Assembly (NCBI GenBank): GCA_903905505.1
Contig: CAIVGL010000022.1
Coordinates: 19,322-83,321 of the forward strand
Length of the DNA: 64,000 nucleotides
Origin: an uncultured Bacteroidia bacterium
GTDB taxonomy: Bacteria > Bacteroidota > Bacteroidia > Bacteroidales > Prolixibacteraceae
Reading direction: 5' to 3'
In this document: piece after piece, positions 27,168 to 36,794 of the stretch
Layout: every line of letters starts with the position of its first letter
How positions within the stretch are numbered: the first letter of the stretch is position 1
Notes under the pieces: generated by a model
Told to the model about the DNA's origin: nothing
The model's database searches: none
What the model saw: the letters and a program-made list of their open reading frames with translations, nothing else
Translations under genes and position numbers: made by a program

Positions 27168-27199
27168 GCATAACTAACTGCTTTAAAAAATTTGAAAAC

Positions 27200-28564
27200 A
27201 TGAAAAAAATACAACTAATTCTAGTCTTGACATTTTTGTCAAGCGCATTATTCGCAGGGCAAGGGAAATGGGAAAACCTATTTAATGGTAAAACTCTTGA
27301 TGGATGGGAAAAGTTAGATGGCGCGGCCGAATATACTGTTGTAAAAGGGGAGATCGTTGGCCATTCGAAGGTGAATACTAAAAATACCTTCTTGGCGACG
27401 AAGAAGAATTACGGGGACTTTATTCTCGAATATAAGATTAAGATGGATACGGGTCTTAACTCGGGTGTCCAAATACGTTCGGAGCAAAACACGCATAACA
27501 TAGATCATGTGCATGGTTATCAAGTTGAGTGCGATGATTCGCCTCGTGCTTGGTCGGCCGGTATCTATGACGAGTCTCGTCGTGGGTGGCTTTACCCACT
27601 TGAATATAATCAGCCAGCCAAAAAATGTTACAAGCGCGGACAATGGAATGCCGTTCGTGTAGAGGCCATTGGAAATTCAATCCGAACTTGGATGAATGGT
27701 GTCCCTTGTGCCAATCTTGTTGACGACATGACATCTTCCGGATTTATTGCACTTCAAGTGCATGGCATTGGTAAAGATGCCACGAAAGAAGGGCGCACTA
27801 TCTGCTGGAAAGACATTCGAATCATGACGAATGATCTCGAGAAATACCGTAAGCCGATGGATAAATCAGTTCGAGAAGTAAGTTATTTAAACAATACCTT
27901 AACTCCGAATGAAGTGTCGAACGGATGGAAATTGCTTTGGGATGGTAAAACTGCAGCGGGATGGAGAGGTGCTGGAGCGGCTAATTTCCCTCCGAAAGGA
28001 TGGACTATAGAGGATGGAGCTATTAGTCCGAATAAAGTAAAAAGCTTACGTGGAGGAGATATTGTAACAACAAAAAAATACAAGAATTTTATTTTGGAAG
28101 TTGACTTTAAGGTTACTGAAGGGGCCAATAGTGGGATCAAATATTTTATTCAAAGCGAACCAAATAAACTCAATACAAGTGGCTTTGAGTTTCAAGTTTT
28201 GGATGATTTAAGACATCCTGATGCTAAAGAAGGGATTGATGGAAACCGCACTGTTGGTTCGCTCTATGATCTGGTGACTGCGAATTCAAAACGTTTTGAT
28301 GCTAGTCAGCCAGTAAAACGAGTCAATGCTATTGGACAGTGGAATAGAGCTCGGATTGAAGTCGCAGGTGCCCGTGTGACTCATTTTTTAAATGGAGTTA
28401 AAGTTTTGGAGATCACTAAAGGATCACCAGAATTCAAAGCCGACATTGCCAAGAGTAAGTTTAGTAAAGTGCCTAAATTTGGTGAATATGAGGATGGTTA
28501 TATTCTCCTTCAAGATCATGGCGATCAAGTCTCGTTTAAAAATATTAAGATTAAAGAGTTATAG
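27200..28564 (+). CDS. Secreted protein with two tandem DUF1080 (3-keto-disaccharide hydrolase-like, concanavalin-type) domains
   Basis: Signal peptide. The motif set W..LFNGK.LDGW ... GDF.L..E.K...G.NSG ... LQ.HG..V.F..I.I occurs twice, around residues 20-215 and 235-454. Confidence 0.75.
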   Translation: MKKIQLILVLTFLSSALFAGQGKWENLFNGKTLDGWEKLDGAAEYTVVKGEIVGHSKVNTKNTFLATKKNYGDFILEYKIKMDTGLNSGVQIRSEQNTHNIDHVHGYQVECDDSPRAWSAGIYDESRRGWLYPLEYNQPAKKCYKRGQWNAVRVEAIGNSIRTWMNGVPCANLVDDMTSSGFIALQVHGIGKDATKEGRTICWKDIRIMTNDLEKYRKPMDKSVREVSYLNNTLTPNEVSNGWKLLWDGKTAAGWRGAGAANFPPKGWTIEDGAISPNKVKSLRGGDIVTTKKYKNFILEVDFKVTEGANSGIKYFIQSEPNKLNTSGFEFQVLDDLRHPDAKEGIDGNRTVGSLYDLVTANSKRFDASQPVKRVNAIGQWNRARIEVAGARVTHFLNGVKVLEITKGSPEFKADIAKSKFSKVPKFGEYEDGYILLQDHGDQVSFKNIKIKEL

Positions 28565-28766
28565 ACCCCTGCTCTCTTTAAGACGAGCTTCGTTTGTGAC
28601 TTTAAGAATAACCTCGGGCATCTGTTGTTGTCTTGCTGGATTATACCTCGATCCTCGGCTGTCCTATCTTTATTGGTTGACCAATCGGGTGGCCATTCAT
28701 GGCGGTACAAGCACTGAAGCGAATATTGCCGAATATTTTAAAAAATATAAAAAACAGAATTAATCT

Positions 28767-30179
28767 ATGAAGAGTTTATACGTGTCAATTATGATTGCTG
28801 CTTTCCCAATTATTTTAAGCTCAATAAGTGCAGAGGGAGCTACTGGTTCCGAAAAAAAGTCGAAATCCAACACTTTTAATGGAGCTAAGGGTGAGGTTAA
28901 ACTGATCACCTTAGATCCAGGTCATTTTCATGCCGCATTAGTTCAAAAGAACAATTACGATCAAGTTAATCCAGAGGTTTATGTTTATGCTCCCAAGGGC
29001 AAAGATCTGGATGAACATCTTAAACGAATTGAGGGGTATAACTCAAGAGCTGCAAATCCTACGACATGGCAGGAGAAATGCTATATTGGCAACGACTATT
29101 TGGAAAAAATGCTTTCCGAAAAACGGGGCAATGTGGTTGTGGTATCGGGTAACAACCGGATAAAAGGCGACTATATTGCGAAATCAATAAATGCAGGATT
29201 GAATGTGTTAGCCGATAAGCCAATGGTTATTAATGCCGATCAGTTTCCTATTTTGGAAGAGACATTTGCAATGGCACAGAAAAAGGGGGTACTCCTTTAT
29301 GACATTATGACTGAGCGTTATTCGGTGACTACAGCCATTCAGCGAGAGCTTTCTATGAACTCAGCTATTTTTGGAGCTCTGGAGAGTGGATCTATTGAGA
29401 AACCTGCTATTGAGATGACTAGTGTTCATTATTTTTATAAAAATGTCTCCGGAAATACGTTGGTTCGACCAGGGTGGTTTTTTGATGTCAAACAGCAAGG
29501 TGAAGGTATCGTCGATGTGACGACTCATCTCGTCGACCTGGTGCAATGGGAATGTTTCCCCGATCAGATTTTGCACAAAAGCGATATTCAGATCTTAGAT
29601 GCAACGCGTTGGCCTACGGAATTTTCGAGGTCTGAATTTTCTGAGGTTACTCAATTGGCCGACTTTCCTTCCTACTTAAGAAAGGATGTTAAGGCAGATA
29701 AGCTTAGTGTTTTTGCTAACGGTACTATCGTTTATCGGATTAAAAATAGCGTGGCAAAGGTTACAGCTATCTGGGATTATAAACCGGTGGCAGGGGCTGG
29801 TGATACCCATTATTCCATTCTGCGTGGGTCGTTATCTGACCTAGAAATTATTCAAGGGAAAGAGCAAAAGTATGATCCAACCCTATATATTCATGCAAAG
29901 GCAGGAACTGACGTAATCAATTTAGAGAAAGGGATAAAAGCAGCATTGGCAAACCTTTCTCAGCCTGGATTAGCACTAGAGAAAATCCAACCAGACACCT
30001 GGAAAGTCGTCGTTCCAGAACCGTTAAAGATTGGTCATGAAGCTCACTTTGCTCAAGTTACAGCAAAATATCTTGAATATCTTAAGATAGGAAAGCTGCC
30101 AGAATGGGAAGTGCCTAACATGCTGGTGAAGTATTACACCACCACTCAGGCTCTTAAATTGGCTCACTCGAAACATTGA
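28767..30179 (+). CDS. Secreted oxidoreductase-like protein (Gfo/Idh/MocA-related, putative-oxidoreductase C-terminal domain family)
   Basis: Signal peptide. The N-terminal segment KLITLDPGHFHAALVQK resembles a Bacteroidota family annotated as putative oxidoreductases. No classical GxGxxG motif seen, so cofactor use is uncertain. Confidence 0.45.
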   Translation: MKSLYVSIMIAAFPIILSSISAEGATGSEKKSKSNTFNGAKGEVKLITLDPGHFHAALVQKNNYDQVNPEVYVYAPKGKDLDEHLKRIEGYNSRAANPTTWQEKCYIGNDYLEKMLSEKRGNVVVVSGNNRIKGDYIAKSINAGLNVLADKPMVINADQFPILEETFAMAQKKGVLLYDIMTERYSVTTAIQRELSMNSAIFGALESGSIEKPAIEMTSVHYFYKNVSGNTLVRPGWFFDVKQQGEGIVDVTTHLVDLVQWECFPDQILHKSDIQILDATRWPTEFSRSEFSEVTQLADFPSYLRKDVKADKLSVFANGTIVYRIKNSVAKVTAIWDYKPVAGAGDTHYSILRGSLSDLEIIQGKEQKYDPTLYIHAKAGTDVINLEKGIKAALANLSQPGLALEKIQPDTWKVVVPEPLKIGHEAHFAQVTAKYLEYLKIGKLPEWEVPNMLVKYYTTTQALKLAHSKH

Positions 30180-30292
30180 TTCACGGCTGAATCTTAGGTG
30201 GTTCGTTACTATAGTGTTAAATAACTTTCCCGAAAAATCGGTAAACTTGGATAGTTGTTATCTTTGGACCCTATTCCAATTAAATTAGAATT

Positions 30293-31342
30293 ATGAACCC
30301 TTCAGGAAATAACGAATCTGAAAAAAGCAAAAGTATGTTGCCTCGAATTATCATCGGCACGGTGATTGTCTTGGGATTATCATTTTTAGGTAAGCAAGTT
30401 TGGTTTGCAATTACCCACGAAGAGACGGATAACGCTCAAGTTGAAATGCGTTTAGCCCCCATTCTTTCAAGAGTTTCGGGCTACGTTGGCAAGATTTATA
30501 CCGATGATTATGCCGCTGTGAAAAAGGGTCAGTTGCTGATGGATGTGGACTCCACTGAACTTAACTTGCAACTTCAGGAGATGGAAGCCGATTATGCTGA
30601 AGCTCTTTCTGAAATAGAAAATACAAAGGCGTCGCTAACCAATGCATCAGCCTTATTTTCCGCATCGAAGGGGAGTGTAGAAGTTGTTAAAGCACGTCAT
30701 GCCAAAGCGACTTCAGATCTTAGTCGTGAGAAAAGTCTTTTTGAGGGGAATGCCAGCACGAAGAGACAATTGGATGATAGTCAGTCTAATTATGATGTTT
30801 CGACGAAGCTTCTCGATGCAAGTAAGATAGATTTGAAAGTTGCACAAACTCGTATAGCGGTGCTAAATGCGCAAGTAAAGAAAGCACAAGCTCAGGCTGA
30901 GACAAAAAATACACGTATTAACCAGCAACGGTTAAAACTCTCCTACTGTCATATTTATGCCATCTCTGATGGTAAGATTGGAAAACGAAATATCGACGAA
31001 GGGCAGTTTATTCAAGCAGGAACTCCAGTTCTTACGATAGTCAATAGTCAGAGCCATTGGGTTGTTGCCAATTTTAAAGAGAGTCAGTTGAAAAATCTTA
31101 GTATTGGTAAAATTGTTCATCTTAAGATTGATGGATATCCAAACCTCGAAGTTCAAGGGAAAATTGTTTCCTTATCGGATGCTACTGGGGCTCGGTATTC
31201 TCTCCTTCCTCCAGATAATGCAACGGGCAATTTTGTCAAGGTTACCCAGCGAGTGCCTGTTCGTATCGAATTCTTGGATGAGGCGAAAGTTAAAGATATT
31301 CTTCGCGCAGGGATGAGCGTGGTAGTTTCTGTCCCTCTTTAA
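30293..31342 (+). CDS. HlyD/EmrA-family membrane fusion protein
   Basis: N-terminal TM anchor, long coiled-coil (LQLQEMEADYAEAL...), beta-barrel/lipoyl-type ends (GQLLMDVD, NFVKVTQRVPVRI). Confidence 0.85.
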   Translation: MNPSGNNESEKSKSMLPRIIIGTVIVLGLSFLGKQVWFAITHEETDNAQVEMRLAPILSRVSGYVGKIYTDDYAAVKKGQLLMDVDSTELNLQLQEMEADYAEALSEIENTKASLTNASALFSASKGSVEVVKARHAKATSDLSREKSLFEGNASTKRQLDDSQSNYDVSTKLLDASKIDLKVAQTRIAVLNAQVKKAQAQAETKNTRINQQRLKLSYCHIYAISDGKIGKRNIDEGQFIQAGTPVLTIVNSQSHWVVANFKESQLKNLSIGKIVHLKIDGYPNLEVQGKIVSLSDATGARYSLLPPDNATGNFVKVTQRVPVRIEFLDEAKVKDILRAGMSVVVSVPL

Positions 31343-31349
31343 GCTCTAG

Positions 31350-32912
31350 ATGGAACCCCTAAGTAAGACGGCAAAGATTTTTATTGCGATAACGACCATC
31401 TCAGCTGCCATCATGGAGCTGATAGATACCTCGATCGTTAATGTGGCCCTCAACCAGATGGCTGGAAATCTTGGTGCCTCGATTGAGGACATTGCTTGGG
31501 TGATAACCTCCTACGCCATTGCTAATGTGATTATTATTCCAATGACGGGCTTTCTAGCAACGTATTTTGGAAGGCTGAGATACTACATGTTTTCAATTGC
31601 CTTATTTACTGTTGCATCAATCTTATGCGGAACATCAACCTCACTTTGGGAGATTGTTCTTTGGCGCTTTGTTCAAGGCTTAGGTGGTGGGGCTTTACTG
31701 TCGACCTCGCAAGCCATACTGTTTGAAAATTTCACAGGTAAGGAGCGTGGCATGGCTGCAGCCTTGTTTGGAATGGGAGTTGTCTTGGGTCCTACCTTAG
31801 GTCCAACAGTCGGAGGATTAATTATTGATAGCTATTCATGGCCGTTGATATTCTACATCAATATCCCCTTTGGAATCGTAGCTAGTATACTGGCTTATAA
31901 CTTTGTCCCACGAACTCCTAGAGATCATGTGAAGCCAAGTATAGACTGGTCAGGAATTTTCTTACTAACCATCGGGATCGGTTCGTTGCAATATGTTCTT
32001 GAGCGGGGGGAGAGTGAAGATTGGTTTGACTCTAGATTAATTATTGGATTGGCCCTGGTTGCTGCCGTTGGATTAATCACCTTCATTTGGTGGGAACTTA
32101 AGCAAAAAGAGCCGGTTGTGAACTTGCGGATCTTTAATGATCGGAACCTGATGATAACAGCTATTCTAACATTTTTTGTTGGATTTATTCTCTTTACATC
32201 GGTATTTATCTTCCCGTTAATGCTCCAGCGTGTTTTAGGGTATACCGCTTATGAGACTGGAATTACACTACTTCCAGCATCTGTCTTATCTATAATTTTC
32301 ATGCCTCTCATAGGGCGATCTCTTCAGAATGGCACTAAACCTCAGATATTCGTTACGTTCGGTTTTATTACACTTATGGGTTTTGGATTGCTGATGTCGC
32401 AAGCAGATCAGAATGTCTCATCAGGTTTCTTCACGTTGCCATTAATGATTCGAGGTGCAGGATTGGCATTGCTGTTTGTCCCTTTAAATGCCATGGCTGT
32501 AGCCGGATTAGCACCTAAAGATATCGCACAAGGGGTGGCGCTTAATAATATGATGCGCCAGATCGGGGGATCCTTTGGCATTGCCATTGTAAACAATTAT
32601 ATCGCTCATCGGACAGCTATCCATCGGTCTGACTTGGTGAGTAATATCTACAGTGGGAATCCCCAATTTACCGAACGCTATGCCCAGATCTATCAAGGCT
32701 TGCAAGCCAAACTTCCGGTTGCGGCAAATCTGCCACAGCAGACCTATCAGATCATGGAACTCTCGATGATGAAACAGGTCTATCTGCTTAGCTATTTAGA
32801 TGCCTTTATCTATGTAACTATATTTATAATGGTTGCTTTCCCACTCATCTTCCTAGCTCGAAGTGGTCGCAAAGCAACTAAAGAAACCTTGCATGCCGCA
32901 GAAGAAGTCTAA
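31350..32912 (+). CDS. DHA2-family MFS drug efflux transporter (EmrB/QacA type, 14 TMS)
   Basis: ELIDTSIVNVAL, a WRFVQGLGGGAL motif and a 520-aa multi-TM protein. Gene order is MFP-MFS-OMP. Confidence 0.88.
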   Translation: MEPLSKTAKIFIAITTISAAIMELIDTSIVNVALNQMAGNLGASIEDIAWVITSYAIANVIIIPMTGFLATYFGRLRYYMFSIALFTVASILCGTSTSLWEIVLWRFVQGLGGGALLSTSQAILFENFTGKERGMAAALFGMGVVLGPTLGPTVGGLIIDSYSWPLIFYINIPFGIVASILAYNFVPRTPRDHVKPSIDWSGIFLLTIGIGSLQYVLERGESEDWFDSRLIIGLALVAAVGLITFIWWELKQKEPVVNLRIFNDRNLMITAILTFFVGFILFTSVFIFPLMLQRVLGYTAYETGITLLPASVLSIIFMPLIGRSLQNGTKPQIFVTFGFITLMGFGLLMSQADQNVSSGFFTLPLMIRGAGLALLFVPLNAMAVAGLAPKDIAQGVALNNMMRQIGGSFGIAIVNNYIAHRTAIHRSDLVSNIYSGNPQFTERYAQIYQGLQAKLPVAANLPQQTYQIMELSMMKQVYLLSYLDAFIYVTIFIMVAFPLIFLARSGRKATKETLHAAEEV

Positions 32913-34255
32913 TGATTAATTATATGATGCTCAACATAATTCGTCCTATTATGAAAACCTTATTTTTTATACTCGCAATTTTATCTCTTGCTAAACCTAT
33001 TTTTGCTCAGGATCTTATGATCCCTGCTGATCTGAAACATCTAGTCGATCAATCATTTGAGAAATACCCAAAGGTGGCTGAGATGAAAGAGATGATCAAT
33101 CTGAGCGAGATGAGGGTTAATCTCGACCGTTCAGCCATTCTTCCTACTGCTATGGGTGATCTATCCTATCGTCAGCAATTCCCAACCCCTGCCTTTCATA
33201 TACCATCAGCATCTGGACAAATAGAAGAAATTCGCATTCAGCCGATTGATAATTACAATGCATCTGTATCCTTAGCCCAGCCTTTAATCGATTTTCGTTT
33301 AAACTCTGCCTTAAATAAAGCCAAAGGTGAGTTGGAGGTTTCAAAAGATAATTTAGAGGGGCTTAAGGTGAATCTTGCTTATCAGATTGCACAAGTTTAC
33401 TACTCAATTATTTTTCTGAATAAGAGTCTTCCCGTTCAGCAAGAACAATTAAACTTAATCTTAGCCACCAAGCAACAGATTGAAGTCCGGGTTAAAAATG
33501 GGGATGCCTTAAATTACGATCAGGTATCCACAGATGTGAAATATAACAATGCGGTAAATTTCTATACCGACTTAAAGTCTCAGTTGAATAAGCAATATAA
33601 CCTCTTAGATATGCTCACTGGGAATAGTGGCCAAGAGTATATCAAGGATGCAGGGTTTAGTGCGACCTCATTTAATTACCTCTCCGACTCAATCTTGGCA
33701 ATTGCTTCTCGCAATAATCCCGATATTCGCATTGCCGATGCGAAGTTAAAGTTGGCAGGATGGGATATTATAACGGCAGAACGGAGTAAACTACCTAGCG
33801 TTAGCTTACTTGCTGGTGCAGGTTATAAAAATGGTTTTATGCCTAATATTGATGTGGTTAACTTTAACTATTTCGTTGGATTAGGAGTTACCATTCCGAT
33901 CTTATCTGCTAGCAGACCTGGCTTCCATCAGAAAATGGCCGTTATCACCAGAGATGCAACACAGCATGCTTTTGAAACTCAAAAGGCAACGTTAAATAAG
34001 GATCTGCTCAATGCCCTCGACGATATTCAGAAGAATCAGAAAAAGCTCTCGTCAGCTGATGGACTTATTAAACAAGCCAAATTAGCCAATGAGTTAGCTG
34101 CTGATCGCTATAAATTTGGCGTAATCACAAACCTTGATTTACTAACGGCTGTTTCTAATCTTAGTGATGCGCAATTGAGCAAGTTGCAATTTGAATACAA
34201 TCTGCTTTTGTCTCGCATGGACCTTTGTCGTCTTGCTGGTCTTCGTTGGTGGTAG
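32912..34255 (+). CDS. TolC-family outer membrane efflux protein
   Basis: Two repeated coiled-coil/beta units, last gene of the efflux operon. The ATG at 32912 overlaps the upstream stop (TAATG). An alternative start at 32951 gives the signal peptide MKTLFFILAILSLAKPIFAQ. Confidence 0.8.
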   Translation: MINYMMLNIIRPIMKTLFFILAILSLAKPIFAQDLMIPADLKHLVDQSFEKYPKVAEMKEMINLSEMRVNLDRSAILPTAMGDLSYRQQFPTPAFHIPSASGQIEEIRIQPIDNYNASVSLAQPLIDFRLNSALNKAKGELEVSKDNLEGLKVNLAYQIAQVYYSIIFLNKSLPVQQEQLNLILATKQQIEVRVKNGDALNYDQVSTDVKYNNAVNFYTDLKSQLNKQYNLLDMLTGNSGQEYIKDAGFSATSFNYLSDSILAIASRNNPDIRIADAKLKLAGWDIITAERSKLPSVSLLAGAGYKNGFMPNIDVVNFNYFVGLGVTIPILSASRPGFHQKMAVITRDATQHAFETQKATLNKDLLNALDDIQKNQKKLSSADGLIKQAKLANELAADRYKFGVITNLDLLTAVSNLSDAQLSKLQFEYNLLLSRMDLCRLAGLRWW

Positions 34256-34256
34256 T

Positions 34257-36557
34257 TTAGTGGCTAGTTAAAATCAATACCCCATTCTTCGGAAATTCGA
34301 TCGTTAATAGATTGTTTGTCTTGCCCATAGACCCTTTCCAACTGTAGTTTGCTATAAAATTTGCTTTTCCAAAAGGGTTTTTAAGTTTGCAGACTCCCCC
34401 TTTTTCTGATCTAATCGTAACCGAAACAACATCTCCTTTTTTCTGCTGAGCCGAAATTAGAAAGGCTCCAACAGTGCGCAAGGAGGTAAAGCTTAAATCT
34501 TGCCAAGCTTTAGGTATGGCAGGGAAAAGGTGAATGGTGTCGGTATGGCTCTGGATTAGCATCTCTTGCACGCCGGCTGCAAAAGCAAAGTTTCCTTCGA
34601 GGGTAAAGGGTCTATATTTCATCTTTGAATAGCCTTTATCATGTTGCTCGCCATTGACATGAAAGCTGTTTGGCAGACAGAAATTCTCAGAGAAGATTCG
34701 AAGTGTCTGCGCTGCTTTATCTCCCATAAATGCACGAGCATAGAGGTTGCCAAGCCAGCTATAGGTATACCCGCACCACCAGTCAGGGCCAGTTTTTTCT
34801 AAGTTTGCAAGTGTTTCACGAATAATGGCTTGATCTTTTTCTCCTTTCGACCAGTCGATAACCCCTAATGGATGCCATCCTACCAGATGCGAAAAATGGC
34901 GGTGTGATTCTACATAAGGCTCACCAGGTGCAAAGGCTAATCCTCCTGCATTATCCAAAGCAAAAGTTGGCCACTCTTTTAGAATAGCCTTCCATTTTTG
35001 TGCCTCCTCTGCCTTCCCTAGAGTATGAGCTAGTTCTGCGGCCTTTTCGAATGTCCAGCGAATGAAAGAGAGATCGTAATTTGTTGTTTGTCCAAACCAA
35101 GCTTTGATAGAGTTATCATGTATTTCAGGACTGGAGCTAATGGGGAGTTTGCGAATCCCATTAATATCCTTGACTGATATTTGATCGAGGTAATCGGCTA
35201 CATCACTGATCCAAGGGTATGCTTTTTCACGCAAAAACTGCTCATCTTTCGAGTAGATCCAATGGAGGTAAAAATGGTGCGACAACCAGCAACCTACCGT
35301 TGGACCAAAAGAGTATTGAATCCATCCGCCCATTGGCTCACCAGTTAGGGTAGTAACTCCTGGCACATTCATTCCCGAAGTGCCAAAGTATGTTTTTGTA
35401 TATTTTTTAAACGTCTCCCGGTATTTCCAAAGCCAGTTTAGATACCCCTCTTCCAGATCGAGGTGGTTTGCTGAATAGGCAGGCCAGTAACTGAGTTGTG
35501 TGTTTAAATCGTGATGAAAATCTCCTTTCCAAGGTGGTAGCTTCCCATTGTCTGCTGTCCAGACCGCTTGTAATGAGATTGGGGGAGCATCGGCACGTGC
35601 TGCCGATCCGAATTTATATTGCTCTAGATCCCATTGTCGTTCAAGAATGGTATCAGGTAGTGTGATAGACGATTTCATCCAGTAGTTATTCCACCATTGG
35701 CGATGCCCAGAGAATGAATTCTTGAAACTCGACTTGTTCAGCATCTCTTGAGTTAGCATCCCTGCCGTTTTGTGGGAATCCTTTTCTGATGTCGTTGAGG
35801 TGATGGTCCAAGAGCCAACTAAGGTATGGTTGGCAGATTTCCAAGAGACCGACACTTCATATTCAAAACCATTATGCCCCTTCTGCCTGTAGGTTAATTG
35901 ATTTGGAAGCGAAATAACTTTCCCCTGTTCGTATCCAAGTCTGATTAAATCTTGTCCTGCTACTGAGTCCTCATTCTTTACTCCGGTAGTTTTCCCATAT
36001 TCGGGTGCCAATAATACAGGAATAAAATCACTGGACACCTGTTCAAACTTAAACCATCCTCCTGGTTGTGAGGCATGGACAAAAGTCTGCATCGTAGTTC
36101 CATTTTCCCATTTTGTTTCACAAAGTGCTGTCGCTAGGGTTAGTTGAACTTGCAAAACTTTTCCGAAGCCTTTGGTGTCAAATTCAAGAGCCGCTCCTGG
36201 GATCTTTGAAGGGGCAGGAAGCTGTTCGTAAGGAGCATCAAACATCTGCTGCACAACCTTGTAGTTATTCTCTTTAACCTGCTTCTGAACCCACTTAAAG
36301 TTGAATTCAGGTTTCGATAGATTGGCGATTGGTCTTAAGTCCCATAAGTCGGCGCGGTCTAGTGAGAATCTCAGATGATCCCCTTTTTGCCAAATCAGAG
36401 CACCCAACATCGCATTCCCTAGTGGAATGCCTTCGTCCCAAGTGGAAGCTAGACTTGAAAATTTCAGGTTGTACTTAGGCTGTGGTGTGGTGATCGTAGA
36501 AGATAGAAGGGGCAGTGAACTGCTAATTAGAATAAAGATGATCGCCAGTTTTCTCAT
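34257..36557 (-). CDS. Secreted GH95-like glycoside hydrolase (alpha-L-fucosidase/galactosidase family)
   Basis: Signal peptide. The N-terminal W.EGIPLGNAMLGA...DRADLW and central HHDLNTQLSYWP resemble the GH95 N-terminal and catalytic-region motifs. Confidence 0.6.
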   Translation of the reverse strand: MRKLAIIFILISSSLPLLSSTITTPQPKYNLKFSSLASTWDEGIPLGNAMLGALIWQKGDHLRFSLDRADLWDLRPIANLSKPEFNFKWVQKQVKENNYKVVQQMFDAPYEQLPAPSKIPGAALEFDTKGFGKVLQVQLTLATALCETKWENGTTMQTFVHASQPGGWFKFEQVSSDFIPVLLAPEYGKTTGVKNEDSVAGQDLIRLGYEQGKVISLPNQLTYRQKGHNGFEYEVSVSWKSANHTLVGSWTITSTTSEKDSHKTAGMLTQEMLNKSSFKNSFSGHRQWWNNYWMKSSITLPDTILERQWDLEQYKFGSAARADAPPISLQAVWTADNGKLPPWKGDFHHDLNTQLSYWPAYSANHLDLEEGYLNWLWKYRETFKKYTKTYFGTSGMNVPGVTTLTGEPMGGWIQYSFGPTVGCWLSHHFYLHWIYSKDEQFLREKAYPWISDVADYLDQISVKDINGIRKLPISSSPEIHDNSIKAWFGQTTNYDLSFIRWTFEKAAELAHTLGKAEEAQKWKAILKEWPTFALDNAGGLAFAPGEPYVESHRHFSHLVGWHPLGVIDWSKGEKDQAIIRETLANLEKTGPDWWCGYTYSWLGNLYARAFMGDKAAQTLRIFSENFCLPNSFHVNGEQHDKGYSKMKYRPFTLEGNFAFAAGVQEMLIQSHTDTIHLFPAIPKAWQDLSFTSLRTVGAFLISAQQKKGDVVSVTIRSEKGGVCKLKNPFGKANFIANYSWKGSMGKTNNLLTIEFPKNGVLILTSH

Positions 36558-36618
36558 CAGGTTAGGATCTTAGTAAGGTTCGTATGTTCAATTTTTGCTA
36601 GATGGCAAGTTGGGTTTT

Positions 36619-36626
36619 CAAAGTTA
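36619..36626 (-). promoter_or_regulatory. Candidate -7 box TAACTTTG for the GH95-like gene
   Basis: Exact TAnnTTTG match on the minus strand about 62 nt upstream of the ATG at 36557 and downstream of the susCD terminator. Confidence 0.35.
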
Positions 36627-36690
36627 ATAGAATCGCGATTCAATCGTTCTAATCTTGTATTTAATTAGGTTCCCAATAGGGCAAAATAAA

Positions 36691-36720
36691 ACCGGGGTAG
36701 CACTATGAAACTACCCCGGT
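36691..36720 (-). terminator. Intrinsic terminator after the SusC/SusD pair
   Basis: Perfect 10-bp stem ACCGGGGTAG / CTACCCCGGT with a 10-nt loop, followed on the minus strand by TTTATTTTG. Confidence 0.7.
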
Positions 36721-36794
36721 TAATTTGGCATTACAAAAGAAAAATCAATCGAAAAAAAACGAATGTTTTTTTTATTCTACTACAATCCCTTAAT

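Noticed and set aside
28392-28763. 123-aa ORF spanning the end of the DUF1080 gene and the following spacer
   Set aside because: It is out of frame with and mostly inside a well-supported gene. It has no internal Met within the spacer and a low-complexity Arg/Leu-rich translation.
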